DNA from: Eledone cirrhosa
Lineage: Eukaryota
DNA: 64,000 nt
NCBI GenBank assembly: GCA_964016885.1
Contig: OZ024741.1
Span: 211,482,001-211,546,000, forward strand
Direction: 5' to 3'
The notes under the pieces were generated by a model. That model saw nothing but the letters and a program-made list of their open reading frames with translations. It ran no database searches and was not told the origin of the DNA. Both the position numbers and the translations under genes were made by a program. Positions 12,163 to 25,350 of the stretch are shown here, one piece after another. Numbering within the stretch: position 1 is the first letter of the stretch; every line of letters begins with the position of its first letter.

Positions 12163-13493
12163 CAATATAAACAGTTTTATAGATAAATAGATTTGACATA
12201 CCGTACAACATCGACTTGTATTTGAAAAGTTGAATTGGCAGTGAAAAAATTGTAAACAGAAAGAAAGAAAGAGAGAAAAAAAAAAAAGGAAAGAAAGACA
12301 GAAAACGAAGAAAAAGAAGAAAAAGAAGAAATGCATGGAACAAAATAGAGAGATGGAAAGATAGATAAAGAGAAGAACTTCATGTAAAGAAACAGAGAGA
12401 GATATATATAGAGAGAGGAAATAGATAGAGATAGATATATATATATAGAAAAATATGTAGTTGGACATCCGTTGAGTAAACGTATCAATGATACATTTAT
12501 TTATTTATTTATTTATTTAGCTCTAGTATTAATGTAAGGGAGATATATGTGGTTAGGAGAGAAACCAGCTGTTATATAGAGAGAAAAATGAAAAGTAACC
12601 AGACATAGGCGAGGCATAAAAACCCTATGTTTTAATGTAGAAGTATTAATATCTATAAAAACCGGCACTATATTGAAAATATCAGTATTCCTGAATGAGA
12701 CACGTATCCATAATGTGTGAAAAGTAATGATCTTATGTTTAGTTTTAAAAAATTCATATGTTTATATGATAACTACAAACATCGATGTGAATTTACATGA
12801 TCAACTCTGCGAACCCTAAGTTCACACGGAAAACATTCTCATTGTGCTATAAAAATTTAAGTATACATATATGTGTATATATATACACATATATATATAG
12901 AGTCTATATTACTACTATTCTTGTCTTTACTCTACAAGATTATCTATCAAGCAGAAATAGAGAGCAGATTTCAATATATTAATAAAAAATATATCAGAAA
13001 CAAAAACCAAAAAACAACAATAATAATAATAATAAATAATAATAAAATAGAAAACTAAAAAATATTACGAAAAAATATTACATATTAAAAATATTACATA
13101 TTAAAAATAAAAATATTAGAAAATACTACAATAATAAAAATAAACCACAAAGATCAACCCTTCAAAATTAATTGACAATATATTGCCAAGTTCATTATAA
13201 GCATCAGAGTCGAAAACAGATAAAGCTAAAAATTATTTATCAAATCGCATCTAGCAAAAATCATTTCAAAAAGTTTAGGATGCCCATTTGGTCTACATGT
13301 GTTCTTATATTTAATATAGAAGTTTATCTAGTGTAACGTTTATTCGAAATATTTGGAGCATCAACTTTTAGGGTAGTTTAATTTTTCATGAAGAATGTTT
13401 AAATAAAAATAAAAATAAAAAGAAGAATAAAAAGGAGAAATCGAAAGATTTATCGGCTAGTTTCCCAAATAATTATAAATCAAACTAAATATA

Positions 13494-15713
13494 CTACATT
13501 TTAAATTTAAATTTATATTTAAATTTAAAAGTTGAGTTTAATCTATGTTTGCAGCAACTGAATAAATTTGTCCGTAGATTAAGGGAAGTTTTAGATTTTA
13601 GTATAAAGAATATCTCCTCTGCGCAGAGGTCACATGTCTCAGAGGATGAATTAAAAGGAATCCCTCTTGAGACTATATTCCAAGCCGTCGAATATCTAAC
13701 GTTATCTAGCTTAAGTTGCCAGAGTACGCCTGATAGTGCCGTTGAAGATTTTTTGCTTGGATCTGTGAAAGAATTCTTGTGGTTATTATAGCGAAGTTTA
13801 AATTCCGTCGATGTGGAACCGACGTAGTTAAAAGAATTAGAGTCAGTTTTAACATTACAATTGTATACTATATTTTTAACTAAGCAGTTGTTATTTAACG
13901 GACATTTAGATCTATCTCTACAGTTACATTTGTTAACTTGTATATTATTTATGCTATCATCACTAGGTTTTAAGTTCCTATTATTTATTCTATTAATATT
14001 TTGTGCTAAATTTTTGGTGGATGAGTAGGTTAATTTTATAGTATGTCTATTGAAAATTGAGTGATACCTATGCGTTCTAGGGAAGCGATTATCAAGAGCT
14101 TTAAAAAATAGTTTAGCGATGTGGGTTTTAATGTTTAGTGAGAAAGGGGGGGCAAACCAAATTATGTTCCTAGTTCTATTTCTTTTTTGGCCTTTGGAAT
14201 TATTGTAATGCTTTCTATTATAGTTGTTAAGGTTGTTGCCGTGATTAAAATAGTTGTTATTTTGTTTAGTTTGTCTATCATTATCTATGTACATAATCTT
14301 ATCAGTATATCCTGCTCTAGCTAACGCTTCATTGTAGTACTGGGCTTTTTCGTCGAAAATCTTTCTATTAGACGAGATTCTAGAGATACGTTTTTGAACA
14401 GAGTTTACTATAGTGTTTTTGACAGATCTGGGGTGGTTAGAGTTAAAGCTGACATAGTTTAAGTTTTCATTCAACTTGTGAAAAGGATAGTGAAGACATG
14501 TGTTGAGATTTAATGTTATATCTAGGAAATTGACTATTCTATGGTTGTTCTCAATTTCTATTTTAAGATTAAAGTAATTAAAAAATTGTGTAATTTGTTT
14601 ACATTTTCTATTTAGTTCAGAGTTATTATTATCAATAAGTAAAAGCATGTCATCTCTATATAAACCTCCGGTAGTACCAGGTATTTTCCTATGTAGCGAA
14701 TTGATTAAAAATAAGCCCACAAGGTCAGTTACCTGAGCTGAGTCGGATGATCCCATAGTAATGTCAAAATTGCTATCTCTATCTGCTCTTGTCCATAGTT
14801 GGTCATTAAATTCTATCAACGTTTTCCTAGCCGATAATATAATATGCATTTCATTGCTAGTTAGGTCTGTATGTTTGAATGCGTAATTTAGTGCCTTATT
14901 TAGTAGATTAGGGGTAATAGAAGAATAATAGTTAGCAATATCAAGTTGAATAAACTTATTATTATTGTTATATTTAATTTGCTTAAACCACTCAACAACC
15001 TCTCCAATTCCCCTCCACAAGCTCAGGTTAGATAAACAATCCAAGTTCTTAATTTGCTGTATCACCCTGTCAAGAATGTTTTTGCTTAATTTGCCCAGGT
15101 CCGATTTTGATGGTGCGATCAATCTAACTGGCAAGTCATTTTCAAAATTCCTCTTGTGATCTTTCATATTGATCTTCGGTTTCCTGGGCACGAAAGGTTG
15201 TGTTCTGTTCTCAATTTCCAACTCGTGCATTATACAAGATGCTTCGACATTCATTTTCTCAAGCTCGGCCCTATCTGCTACCTTGTACTTTTTCCTCAGT
15301 TCCTTCAGTATGAGGCCATTATACATGTCTTTCTGCACTCCATAGAGGTTGTTGGTCTTGTCAGATTTCACCAAGATTTTCTCAGTTTTCTCTAAGCTCT
15401 CAATATTATCCTTAATGGCTTTCAGATATTCCTGGCTTTTGAAGTTTCTCTTGAATTTGACCCCTTGTATGATAGAAATTATATCGTTTTCAAAGTCAGA
15501 TAAAAGTTTGTTAGGGGGTGGATTTCTTTTAGATTTGAAAACTTTGTTTAAGTCAGAGACATTTTCATTTATATTAGATTTATCAAAGTGGAATGCTCGC
15601 CACCTGATTCTCCTTATAAAAGAGTCAGATTTATCTATTAATTGTTTTATAAAGTCTTTGTTTCTAGGTAGAGGTATGTCTTTTAAAGAGGAAGTAATCT
15701 TAAAGAATTCCAT
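13494..15713 (-). CDS. Penelope-like (Naiad clade) reverse transcriptase with C-terminal GIY-YIG endonuclease, 739 aa, uninterrupted
   Basis: KSDKTNNLY, KDHKRNF...PVRLIAPSKS, RT motifs QLDIANYYSSI / ITMGSSDSAQVTDLVG / GLYRDD, SNHP, RNIIWFAPP, CNCRDRSKCPLNNNC, NIVY...NYVGST...FKLRYNNH, CDLCAEE, CKH. Confidence 0.95.
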   Translation of the reverse strand: MEFFKITSSLKDIPLPRNKDFIKQLIDKSDSFIRRIRWRAFHFDKSNINENVSDLNKVFKSKRNPPPNKLLSDFENDIISIIQGVKFKRNFKSQEYLKAIKDNIESLEKTEKILVKSDKTNNLYGVQKDMYNGLILKELRKKYKVADRAELEKMNVEASCIMHELEIENRTQPFVPRKPKINMKDHKRNFENDLPVRLIAPSKSDLGKLSKNILDRVIQQIKNLDCLSNLSLWRGIGEVVEWFKQIKYNNNNKFIQLDIANYYSSITPNLLNKALNYAFKHTDLTSNEMHIILSARKTLIEFNDQLWTRADRDSNFDITMGSSDSAQVTDLVGLFLINSLHRKIPGTTGGLYRDDMLLLIDNNNSELNRKCKQITQFFNYFNLKIEIENNHRIVNFLDITLNLNTCLHYPFHKLNENLNYVSFNSNHPRSVKNTIVNSVQKRISRISSNRKIFDEKAQYYNEALARAGYTDKIMYIDNDRQTKQNNNYFNHGNNLNNYNRKHYNNSKGQKRNRTRNIIWFAPPFSLNIKTHIAKLFFKALDNRFPRTHRYHSIFNRHTIKLTYSSTKNLAQNINRINNRNLKPSDDSINNIQVNKCNCRDRSKCPLNNNCLVKNIVYNCNVKTDSNSFNYVGSTSTEFKLRYNNHKNSFTDPSKKSSTALSGVLWQLKLDNVRYSTAWNIVSRGIPFNSSSETCDLCAEEIFFILKSKTSLNLRTNLFSCCKHRLNSTFKFKYKFKFKM

Positions 15714-15882
15714 TTTTTCAGTTATAATATAAAGCGCTCAACAGTATTGGAGCAAGATACATGGAAAGTTATATTTAAATTGTTGGGTTACAACTAGTAA
15801 ATATTTATAACTGATATAAAAGCACTCGACAAGTATTTGGAGTATATTTACGATATTAAATAAATGGAAACTATATTATTAT

Positions 15883-17569
15883 AACCGAAGATCAATATGA
15901 AAGATCACAAGAGGAATTTTGAAAATGACTTGCCAGTTAGATTGATCGCACCATCAAAATCGGACCTGGGCAAATTAAGCAAAAACATTCTTGACAGGGT
16001 GATACAGCAAATTAAGAACTTGGATTGTTTATCTAACCTGAGCTTGTGGAGGGGAACTGGAGAGGTTGTTGAGTGGTTTAAGCAAATTAAATATAACAAT
16101 AATAATAAGTTTATTCAACTTGATATTGCTAACTATTATTCTTCTATTACCCCTAATCTAGTAAATAAGGCACTAAATTACGCATTCAAACATACAGACC
16201 TAACTAGCAATGAAATGCATATTATATTATCGGCTAGGAAAACATTGATAGAATTTAATGACCAACTATGGACCAGAGCAGATAGAGATAGCAATTTTGA
16301 CATTACTATGGGATCATCCGACTCAGCTCAGGTAACTGACCTTGTGGGCTTATTTTTAATCAATTCGCTACATAGGAAAATACCTGGTACTACCGGAGGT
16401 TTATATAGAGATGACATGCTTTTACTTATTGATAATAATAACTCTGAACTAAATAGAAAATGTAAACAAATTACACAATTTTTTAATTACTTTAATCTTA
16501 AAATAGAAATTGAGAACAACCATAGAATAGTCAATTTCCTAGATATAACATTAAATCTCAACACATGTCTTCACTATCCTTTTCACAAGTTGAATGAAAA
16601 CTTAAACTATGTCAGCTTTAACTCTAACCACCCCAGATCTGTCAAAAACACTATAGTAAACTCTGTTCAAAAACGTATCTCTAGAATCTCGTCTAATAGA
16701 AAGATTTTCGACGAAAAAGCCCAGTACTACAATGAAGCGTTAGCTAGAGCAGGATATACTGATAAGATTATGTACATAGATAATGATAGACAAACTAAAC
16801 AAAATAACAACTATTTTAATCACGGCAACAACCTTAACAACTATAATAGAAAGCATTACAATAATTCCAAAGGCCAAAAAAGAAATAGAACTAGGAACAT
16901 AATTTGGTTTGCCCCCCTTTCTCACTAAACATTAAAACCCACATCGCTAAACTATTTTTTAAAGCTCTTGATAATCGCTTCCCTAGAACGCATAGGTATC
17001 ACTCAATTTTCAATAGACATACTATAAAATTAACCTACTCATCCACCAAAAATTTAGCACAAAATATTAATAGAATAAATAATAGGAACTTAAAACCTAG
17101 TGATGATAGCATAAATAATATACAAGTTAACAAATGTAACTGTAGAGATAGATCTAAATGTCCGTTAAATAACAACTGCTTAGTTAAAAATATAGTATAC
17201 AATTGTAATGTTAAAACTGACTCTAATTCTTTTAACTACGTCGGTTCCACATCGACGGAATTTAAACTTCGCTATAATAACCACAAGAATTCTTTCACAG
17301 ATCCAAGCAAAAAATCTTCAACGGCACTATCAGGCGTACTCTGGCAACTTAAGCTAGATAACGTTAGATATTCGACGGCTTGGAATATAGTCTCAAGAGG
17401 GATTCCTTTTAATTCATCCTCTGAGACATGTGACCTCTGCGCAGAGGAGATATTCTTTATACTAAAATCTAAAACTTCCCTTAATCTACGGACAAATTTA
17501 TTCAGTTGCTGCAAACATAGATTAAACTCAACTTTTAAATTTAAATATAAATTTAAATTTAAAATGTAG
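15883..17569 (+). pseudogene. Inverted, 5'-truncated copy of the Naiad ORF with a 1-bp frameshift near 16912-16917
   Basis: ORFs 15897-16928 and 16904-17569 together reproduce the 739-aa protein from MKDHKRNF onward. The C-run is 6 nt here versus 7 G at 14146-14152. Confidence 0.92.
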
Positions 17570-18902
17570 TATATTTAGTTTGATTTATAATTATTTGGGA
17601 AACTAGCCGATAAATCTTTCGATTTCTCCTTTTTATTCTTCTTTTTATTTTTATTTTTATTTAAACATTCTTCATGAAAAATTAAACTACCCTAAAAGTT
17701 GATGCTCCAAATATTTCGAATAAACGTTACACTAGATAAACTTCTATATTAAATATAAGAACACATGTAGACCAAATGGGCATCCTAAACTTTTTGAAAT
17801 GATTTTTGCTAGATGCGATTTGATAAATAATTTTTAGCTTTATCTGTTTTCGACTCTGATGCTTATAATAAACTTGGCAATATATTGTCAATTAATTTTG
17901 AAGGGTTGATCTTTGTGGTTTATTTTTATTATTGTAGTATTTTCTAATATTTTTATTTTTAATATGTAATATTTTTAATATGTAATATTTTTTCGTAATA
18001 TTTTTTAGTTTTCTATTTTATTATTATTTATTATTATTATTATTGTTGTTTTTTGGTTTTTGTTTCTGATATATTTTTTATTAATATATTGAAATCTGCT
18101 CTCTATTTCTGCTTGATAGATAATCTTGTAGAGTAAAGACAAGAATAGTAGTAATATAGACTCTATATATATATGTGTATATATATACACATATATGTAT
18201 ACTTAAATTTTTATAGCACAATGAGAATGTTTTCCGTGTGAACTTAGGGTTCGCAGAGTTGATCATGTAAATTCACATCGATGTTTGTAGTTATCATATA
18301 AACATATGAATTTTTTAAAACTAAACATAAGATCATTACTTTTCACACATTATGGATACGTGTCTCATTCAGGAATACTGATATTTTCAATATAGTGCCT
18401 GGTTTTTATACATATTAATACTTCTACATTAAAACATAGGGTTTTTATGCCTCGCCTATGTCTGGTTACTTTTCATTTTTCTCTCTATATAACAGCTGGT
18501 TTCTCTCCTAACCACATATATCTCCCTTACATTAATACTAGAGCTAAATAAATAAATAAATAAATGTATCATTGATACGTTTACTCAACGGATGTCCAAC
18601 TACATATTTTTCTATATATATATATCTATCTCTATCTATTTCCTCTCTCTATATATATATCTCTCTCTGTTTCTTTACATGAAGTTCTTCTCTTTATCTA
18701 TCTTTCCATCTCTCTATTTTGTTCCATGCATTTCTTCTATTTCTTCTTTTTCTTCGTTTTCTGTCTTTCTTTCCTTTTTTTTTTTTTTTCTCTCTTTCTT
18801 TCTTTCTGTTTACAATTTTTTCACTGCCAATTCAACTTTTCAAATACAAGTCGATGTTGTACGGTATGTCAAATCTATTTATCTATAAAACTGTTTATAT
18901 TG

Positions 18903-18968
18903 TATTTTGTCTGAGGAAGGCATAGCATATTGTTAATATGATATCCCTGAAATATATATAATGAAATA
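18903..18968 (+). ncRNA. Minimal type-I hammerhead ribozyme
   Basis: tattttgt-CTGAGGA-aggcatagcatat(tgtta)atatgatatccct-GAAA-tatata-TA-atgaaata. The sister copy at 32406 has acgaaata (G-C instead of G-U in stem I). Confidence 0.9.
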
Positions 18969-19035
18969 AATATGGTTTTATAAATATAGTTTCCATTTAT
19001 TTAATATCGTATATATATATATATATATATATATA

Positions 19036-19956
<921 letters not shown>

Positions 19957-20099
19957 TCTATTGAATTCTATTGAATAATTAATTGCTTAAGTTTATTCAA
20001 AAACAATCCGCTCGAGAGCTTACTTCGATTTGTGCAGTTTTGTGCAATAACTTTACACATTTTGAATGCATCCGCCAAATACCGGGGTCACCTCCCATG

Positions 20100-20520
20100 C
20101 AGGGTAAACACATGGGGTAGTCACTCCACCATTACTACTGTATTGGAACCCGCTGGCCGACTGAGAACAAAATACCTTTTGACGAAATGGCAGCCTTGTT
20201 CGATCGTTATACCAAAAGCTTACAACGAAAGTAAACAGTATAATTGATTTAGATGTCCCAGAAACCTCCCACTGGATTCTACCAACAATTTCAAGGAGGT
20301 CCAGGTAAATTCTTTTATTAACCTGTTTAGTTTGCTTTGTTTTTTTTTTTGGCTCCGGTGGCTGATAGCTTCACGACCACCGTTTTCATTTTGCCTGGCC
20401 TCTATAACGTATGTTAATTGCTCTGGTCTTCTTTTAGTCCATTGAGCGCTTGCCGCATATCTCGAAGATTGCGTTTCACTTTGTCTTTGGTCACCGCCGA
20501 AATACGATCTCGCTGAAATT
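20100..20520. repeat. Unclassified dispersed repeat (longer copy 35376-35918; partial 34233-34375)
   Basis: aaacac(a/g)tggggtagtcactccacc...ccgccgaaatacgatctcgctgaaatt is shared with 35532-35918; both copies end at the same base next to (TA)-rich sequence. Confidence 0.75.
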
Positions 20521-20539
20521 ATATTTGTGTATATATATA

Positions 20540-21520
20540 TATAATAGTAATAAATGGAATATATATCACTGTAGTATCATTATTTATTTCGTTATATATA
20601 TTTCAGGGATACTAAATTATAGTATGCCTTCTTCAGACAAAATACAATATTAGATGTATAAAATGTTATGTGACATACTCGTAAAAGAGACCACATGCGA
20701 TCAATTCATTGTTTATAAATACACACATACATGCATACATACATACACACACATGCATGCACATACCTGTACACATACATACACACATATATACATACAG
20801 ACATATCTACACGCACATATGTATACATATCAACTCAAGTATTTAAGTTCACATATACATGGGGCGGGGGTAATGAAATGTTAGTGTACCTCTGAGGGTT
20901 GTTCTTCTCATCAACGATCGAATGTTTAAAAGTGCGGGTGTCATCCACTTCTATTTGGATATTATTCTTTTTTCAATATATGATTTAAAAAAAAAAGAAA
21001 GAATCCCGTCATTTGAAGATGGAATATCATTGTGTGTGTTCAGTAGCGGTTGGTACTTTCTAATGAAGAATTCTTCTCAATATTTCCGGAAATGTTCGTT
21101 GTCCGACCATATCTTAACGAAGGGGAATATTGTGAATTTTCCCTTTCCGCATGATGCGAAGTGTTCAGTGCATATGGTGTCTAACTTGTTGTTTATGTAC
21201 TCGAACTCTGTCATGTAGACCCGTACCGGTTTCACCAATGTAGCATTCTTTACATTGTGGGCAAGTTGCACAGTAAATTAACTTTTTTGCTTTGCAATTC
21301 ATGTTTGCATTAACTTTGAAAAGCGGATTGTTTTTAAAAGAGATTTTACCAACCTCTTGAATGTATTCATAAGTTTCGCATCGAGTGTCCCCGCATATCT
21401 TAACTTGCATTTATTCATTCTCAGACGTAAATTTCGCCTTGTAAGCATTTTTTTTAGGTTGGGTACTTGGTGTCTACTATATAATATTTGTGTGTCTTTT
21501 ATGAGTGGATTCATTGGGGG
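20540..21520 (-). mobile_element. Degenerate Neptune/Poseidon-type PLE 3' part with pLTR hammerhead (20585-20644)
   Basis: QVPNLKKMLT...KICGDTRCET...NMNCKAKKLIYCATCPQCKECYIGETGTGLHDRVRVHKQQVR. Downstream CTGAAGA-aggcatacta(taatt)tagtatccct-GAAA-tatata-TA. Confidence 0.82.
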
Positions 21521-22011
21521 GGGTCTCCCAAAGCAATATCAACAACATATATTTCTATCAACAAATATTCCAAAACTACCCTTATTTTTCTCTTTGCTGT
21601 CATCCTGCTTTTATCAAAAGACATGTATTTTACACCTCATTAACCCCACCACCACCAGGCACACATCCAAATTCATCTTTAATATAGAAAATTGTTAAAG
21701 TTATTCTTTATGAATTTAAGATAGTTGATTCAGCTATAAGAAAAGAATTTGAAAAGCATCTGGCCATTATATTTAATTCACGAAAGGTCGTCTATTGAAA
21801 TGAGACCAGCAGAAGGGCACTTTTACAAGCCTTTCTAAAACACTCCTTAAACACCCCAACACCTCCCAGAATGGAAGCATTTTATCGAAGTTAAAGGTAT
21901 GGAGCTCTTTATCTGCTATCGTTTACTCAGTGTATTGATAAAAGTTTATGTTGCCCATCGAAACGATCGTAAACGATGGATCAATTGAGTCCTTAAACGT
22001 ATATATACATA

Positions 22012-22923
22012 TCTATATACATAAATGGCAATTTCTGTTCGTTTGTGTGTTTGTTTGTGAACCTAAAACTCAAAAACTACCAAACCGATCTTGATGAAAC
22101 TTGGCACGCGTGTGGCCCTCATGCCCATTTGATTTCTTACGTATATTTCATTTTAATCAAAAGCTTCCCCGAGGGGTCAAACCCCCGCTGAAAAACAACG
22201 CTGAAAATATTTACTCTTCGATTTATATGAAATTTAAATCATAGGTGAATGATAAGATATGATGCCGATTCCCAAATTTCAGCAAATTTCAATAATATTA
22301 AGATATCCTAATGGGGGTTAAACCACCTATCTATATACATAAATGGCAATTTCTGTCTGTTCGTGTGTGTGTTTGTTTGTGGATTTGTTTGTGAACCTAA
22401 AACTCCAAAACTACCAAGCCGATCTTGTTGAAACTTGACAGGTGTGTGGGGCTCATGCCCATTTGATTTCTTACGTACGAGGGATAAGTTGTGGTGTGCA
22501 GGAGAGAAGGCTGAGATGGTATGGACATGTGATGCGCATGGAGGATGACCGCTGGGTAAAGAATTTCCAAGAAATCCCAGTAGAAGGAAGACGCAGAAGA
22601 GGTAGACCACGTAAAACAGGGGCGGAGGTGGATCGCTGAAACTCATCGAGGAGATGACGAAGGACCGTGCCACGTGGAGAGATGGTGTGCTGAATAGGAC
22701 CCGTCCAACCCTTGCAGGCAGGGAAAAGCGGACGTAAAATGATGATGATGATGATGATGAGCGAAATTTGGTTTCAGCTGTTGGGGGCTTAAAATGTTCT
22801 CCATAAATCAACTTAATATTCTCTGTTTGCTGTAACATTTATTTTTGGTCTGAGAGGCATTGGGCATTTTAATGGGAACTGGCATTACCACCGCTCCCGG
22901 GTATTACCGGGTACCTCAGCTAG
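22012..22923 (+). mobile_element. Non-autonomous Helitron with duplicated 5' end
   Basis: A|TCtatatacataaatggcaatttctg 5' end at 22012, repeated at 22330 (~135-bp direct repeat). 3' hairpin cccgg(gtatta)ccggg followed by CTAG|T at 22920-22924. Confidence 0.75.
22478..22760 (+). mobile_element. 3' end of an RTE-clade LINE nested in the Helitron
   Basis: QERRLRWYGHVMRMEDDRWVK...VEGRRRRGRPRKT, a short 3' UTR and a (GAT)n tail at 22739-22760. Confidence 0.85.
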
Positions 22924-23049
22924 TTGTATATATGTGTATGTGTGTTTGTATAATTTTCATTGTTCAACATCATATACACACACACACACACATACACACA
23001 CACATATATATATATAGTAATACGAATATTTATATTTATATATGTTTGA

Positions 23050-23843
23050 TATAACTATAAATATGTAGGGTAGTACTAAGTACTAGCCGGTTATCGGTAT
23101 GACAATAGGCTCAATGCAAATTTTCAAGTGTTTTATAGAGCCGAGATACAAAGTGTTAAAACGATCAAATTTTAGTTTAGAACATTTATTTACTGACAAT
23201 TGTTTCTTCCAGAGAAGAGTCTGGAATCATCGGAGCATAAGGAATGTCGAAACATGTAACTAAAATCCTAGTCATTTAGAACATTTAGGGTACATAATTG
23301 TTATTTGTGTCAAAGGCATCATGTGGAGAGTCAGGAGTTAAAAATATGTTCTGCTTGAAAGAACACAATTACAGGCACCACTGGTTGGAAGTGTAATAGG
23401 TAAGTAAAAAGCACAAGCAAAAAAAACACAAGCTAAAAAACACAGGCAAAAAGGTTATAAGCAGGGAAAATTGGTTTACAATGACTGTATTGACTGTATT
23501 GACTCCTGCATTGTAAACCAATTTTCCCTGCTTATAAATTTTTTGCCTGTGTTTTTTCAGCTTGTGATTTTTTTGCTTGTGATTTTTACTTACCTATTAC
23601 ACTTCCAACCGGTGGTGCCTGTAATTGTGTTATTTCAAGCAGAACATCTTTTTAACTCCTGACTCTCTACATGATGCCTTTGACACAAATAACAATTATG
23701 TACCCTAAATGTTCTAAATGACTAGGATTTTAGTTACATGTTTCGACATTTCTTATACTCCGATGATACCAGACTTCACTCTGGAAGAAACAATTGTCAG
23801 TAAATAAATGTTCTAAACTAAAATTTGATCGTTTTAACGCTTT
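23050..23843. mobile_element. Fold-back PLE pLTR (arms ~23150-23483 and ~23509-23843) plus tail
   Basis: Long reverse-complement match; hammerhead in each arm; (TA)n flanks. Confidence 0.88.
23756..23802 (+). ncRNA. Minimal hammerhead, U4C core variant (mirror 23191-23237)
   Basis: tact-CCGATGA-t(a/t)ccaga...tctggaa-GAAA-caattg-TC-agta, then AATAAA. CCGATGA is present in both arms. Confidence 0.75.
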
Positions 23844-23849
23844 ATATAG

Positions 23850-23912
<63 letters not shown>

Positions 23913-23913
<1 letters not shown>

Positions 23914-24330
23914 AAATGACAGGAGGCTGGATTTGTGTAAATCCTTGAAAGGTTTATTATACTATGATCATTTCAATGACCGGGTTCCGTATGAATCCGG
24001 TGATATCATCATGTATTCGAAATATAATACGTGAATATAATAGATAAATTTTATCTATTACATTCACGTATTATATTTCGAATACCTGATGATATCACCG
24101 GATTCATACGGAACCCGGTCATTGAAATGATCATAGTATAATAAACCTTTCAAGGATTTACACAAATCCAGCCTCCTGTCATTTCATTATAATATTTAAC
24201 TCCGTAATAGCACCACCAACTACAAAAACAAAGACGGTTGAACTGCTTTACGTTGAGTACTCTCTATATTATTACATTACGATTGACCATACGGAATAGA
24301 CCAGCCCTATACAGTGGTGAACCTCAAACC

Positions 24331-24335
<5 letters not shown>
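23913..24335. mobile_element. Fold-back PLE pLTR: palindrome 23913-24185 (centre 24049) plus 150-nt tail
   Basis: Mirror symmetry with a 1-nt spacer; (TA)n on both sides. Confidence 0.9.
24082..24139 (+). ncRNA. Minimal type-I hammerhead ribozyme
   Basis: atac-CTGATGA-tatcaccgg...ccggtcatt-GAAA-tgatca-TA-gtat-AATAAA. Confidence 0.9.
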
Positions 24336-24371
<36 letters not shown>

Positions 24372-24394
24372 GTATATATTGTATAAACAAACAA

Positions 24395-24497
24395 AGAGGT
24401 TGTGTGGTAAGATACCAGGTGGACCATAACACACCAGTAGGTAATAGGAAAAGAGTCAGGACCCCGACGACTGAACTCCGGTCGTTTCGGCGGCTAG
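24395..24497 (-). mobile_element. Diverged copy of the short pLTR family seen at 33915, 47657, 53606 and 53965
   Basis: gtggtaagataccaggtggaccataacaca...gaccccgacgactgaactccggtcgtttcggcggcta. Confidence 0.7.
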
Positions 24498-25250
24498 ATC
24501 CGTGCTATGAATGGACAGAAGCATTAGACCATCGGATTAAATACTTCTGGATTTATTCTGGCTCCTTATTCTACTTCCTGGGTTCAAATCCCGGTTATTT
24601 CAAATTTACCTTTCATCAATAAATAAAGTACTAATGAAGGGATGATAGTGGATGAGATATTGGGTCGTCTAGTATGAAATTTGTAGCAAAAAAATAAATT
24701 TCTACAAATTTCATACTTGACGACATAATACTTAAAGAGATGTCGAATGAAATGCTTTGCCTTATAAGTTCCAGCAATGCACATACTGATACTGATTTCA
24801 AATCATTCATGTCACGGAAACAAAATCAACAACCAAACAACAGAAGAAAAACGAAACCCTACTCCTACGCCTAAAAAAAACCCAGCACCGAGAGAGAGTA
24901 TATACTTTTCACTACCAGCCTGTCCTCTCGTGGGAAGGAATTACACTCAAATTGCGATCATGAATATTATTATCAAATACCAATTGAAATTTGTTCATGA
25001 TGTTTTGTACTTCGCTGTAAGCGGAAATAACAATTAGAAGAAGACAGGAAAACTGTATCCGACACGAGGTTATTTATTGGGATATTATTAAGTCACGCTG
25101 ATAATTTGTCGGTGAATTGTCAAAGTTTATAGAACGTCTCTATATGTTGTGGTTCTCTGTGTGATCTGCGTTCAAATCACATTGAAGTCAACTCTGCTTT
25201 TCATTCTTTTGATATTGATATATAAAATACCAGCCCAATAATGGGGTCGA

Positions 25251-25350
25251 TTCTTCTTCTTCTTCTTCTTCTTCTTCTTCTTCTTCTTCTTCTTCTTCTT
25301 CTTCTTCTTCTTCTTCTTCTTCTTCTTCTTCTTCTTCTTCTTCTTCTTCT
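25251..25350. repeat. (TTC)n microsatellite
   Basis: Pure triplet run. Confidence 0.98.

Larger units (their letters stand above)
11966..19011 (-). mobile_element. Full-length Naiad-type Penelope-like retroelement with partial tandem pLTR and a 3.1-kb inverted 5'-truncated second copy
   Basis: pLTR end 11966-12082 is directly repeated at 15761-15877 upstream of the ATG. 12055-15182 is mirrored by 15883-19011. (TA)n on both flanks; hammerheads in both arms. Confidence 0.95.

Noticed and set aside
13494-15713. Selenocysteine recoding, reported for some Naiad elements
   Set aside because: The ORF has no in-frame TGA. Stops in the other fragments are mixed TAA/TAG/TGA with frameshifts, i.e. decay.
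15883-19011. Inverted duplication as a sequencing or assembly fold-back artefact
   Set aside because: The arms differ by several substitutions, have a 700-bp asymmetric spacer, and end at a junction reused by independent copies (19036, 32511). Not formally excluded without reads.
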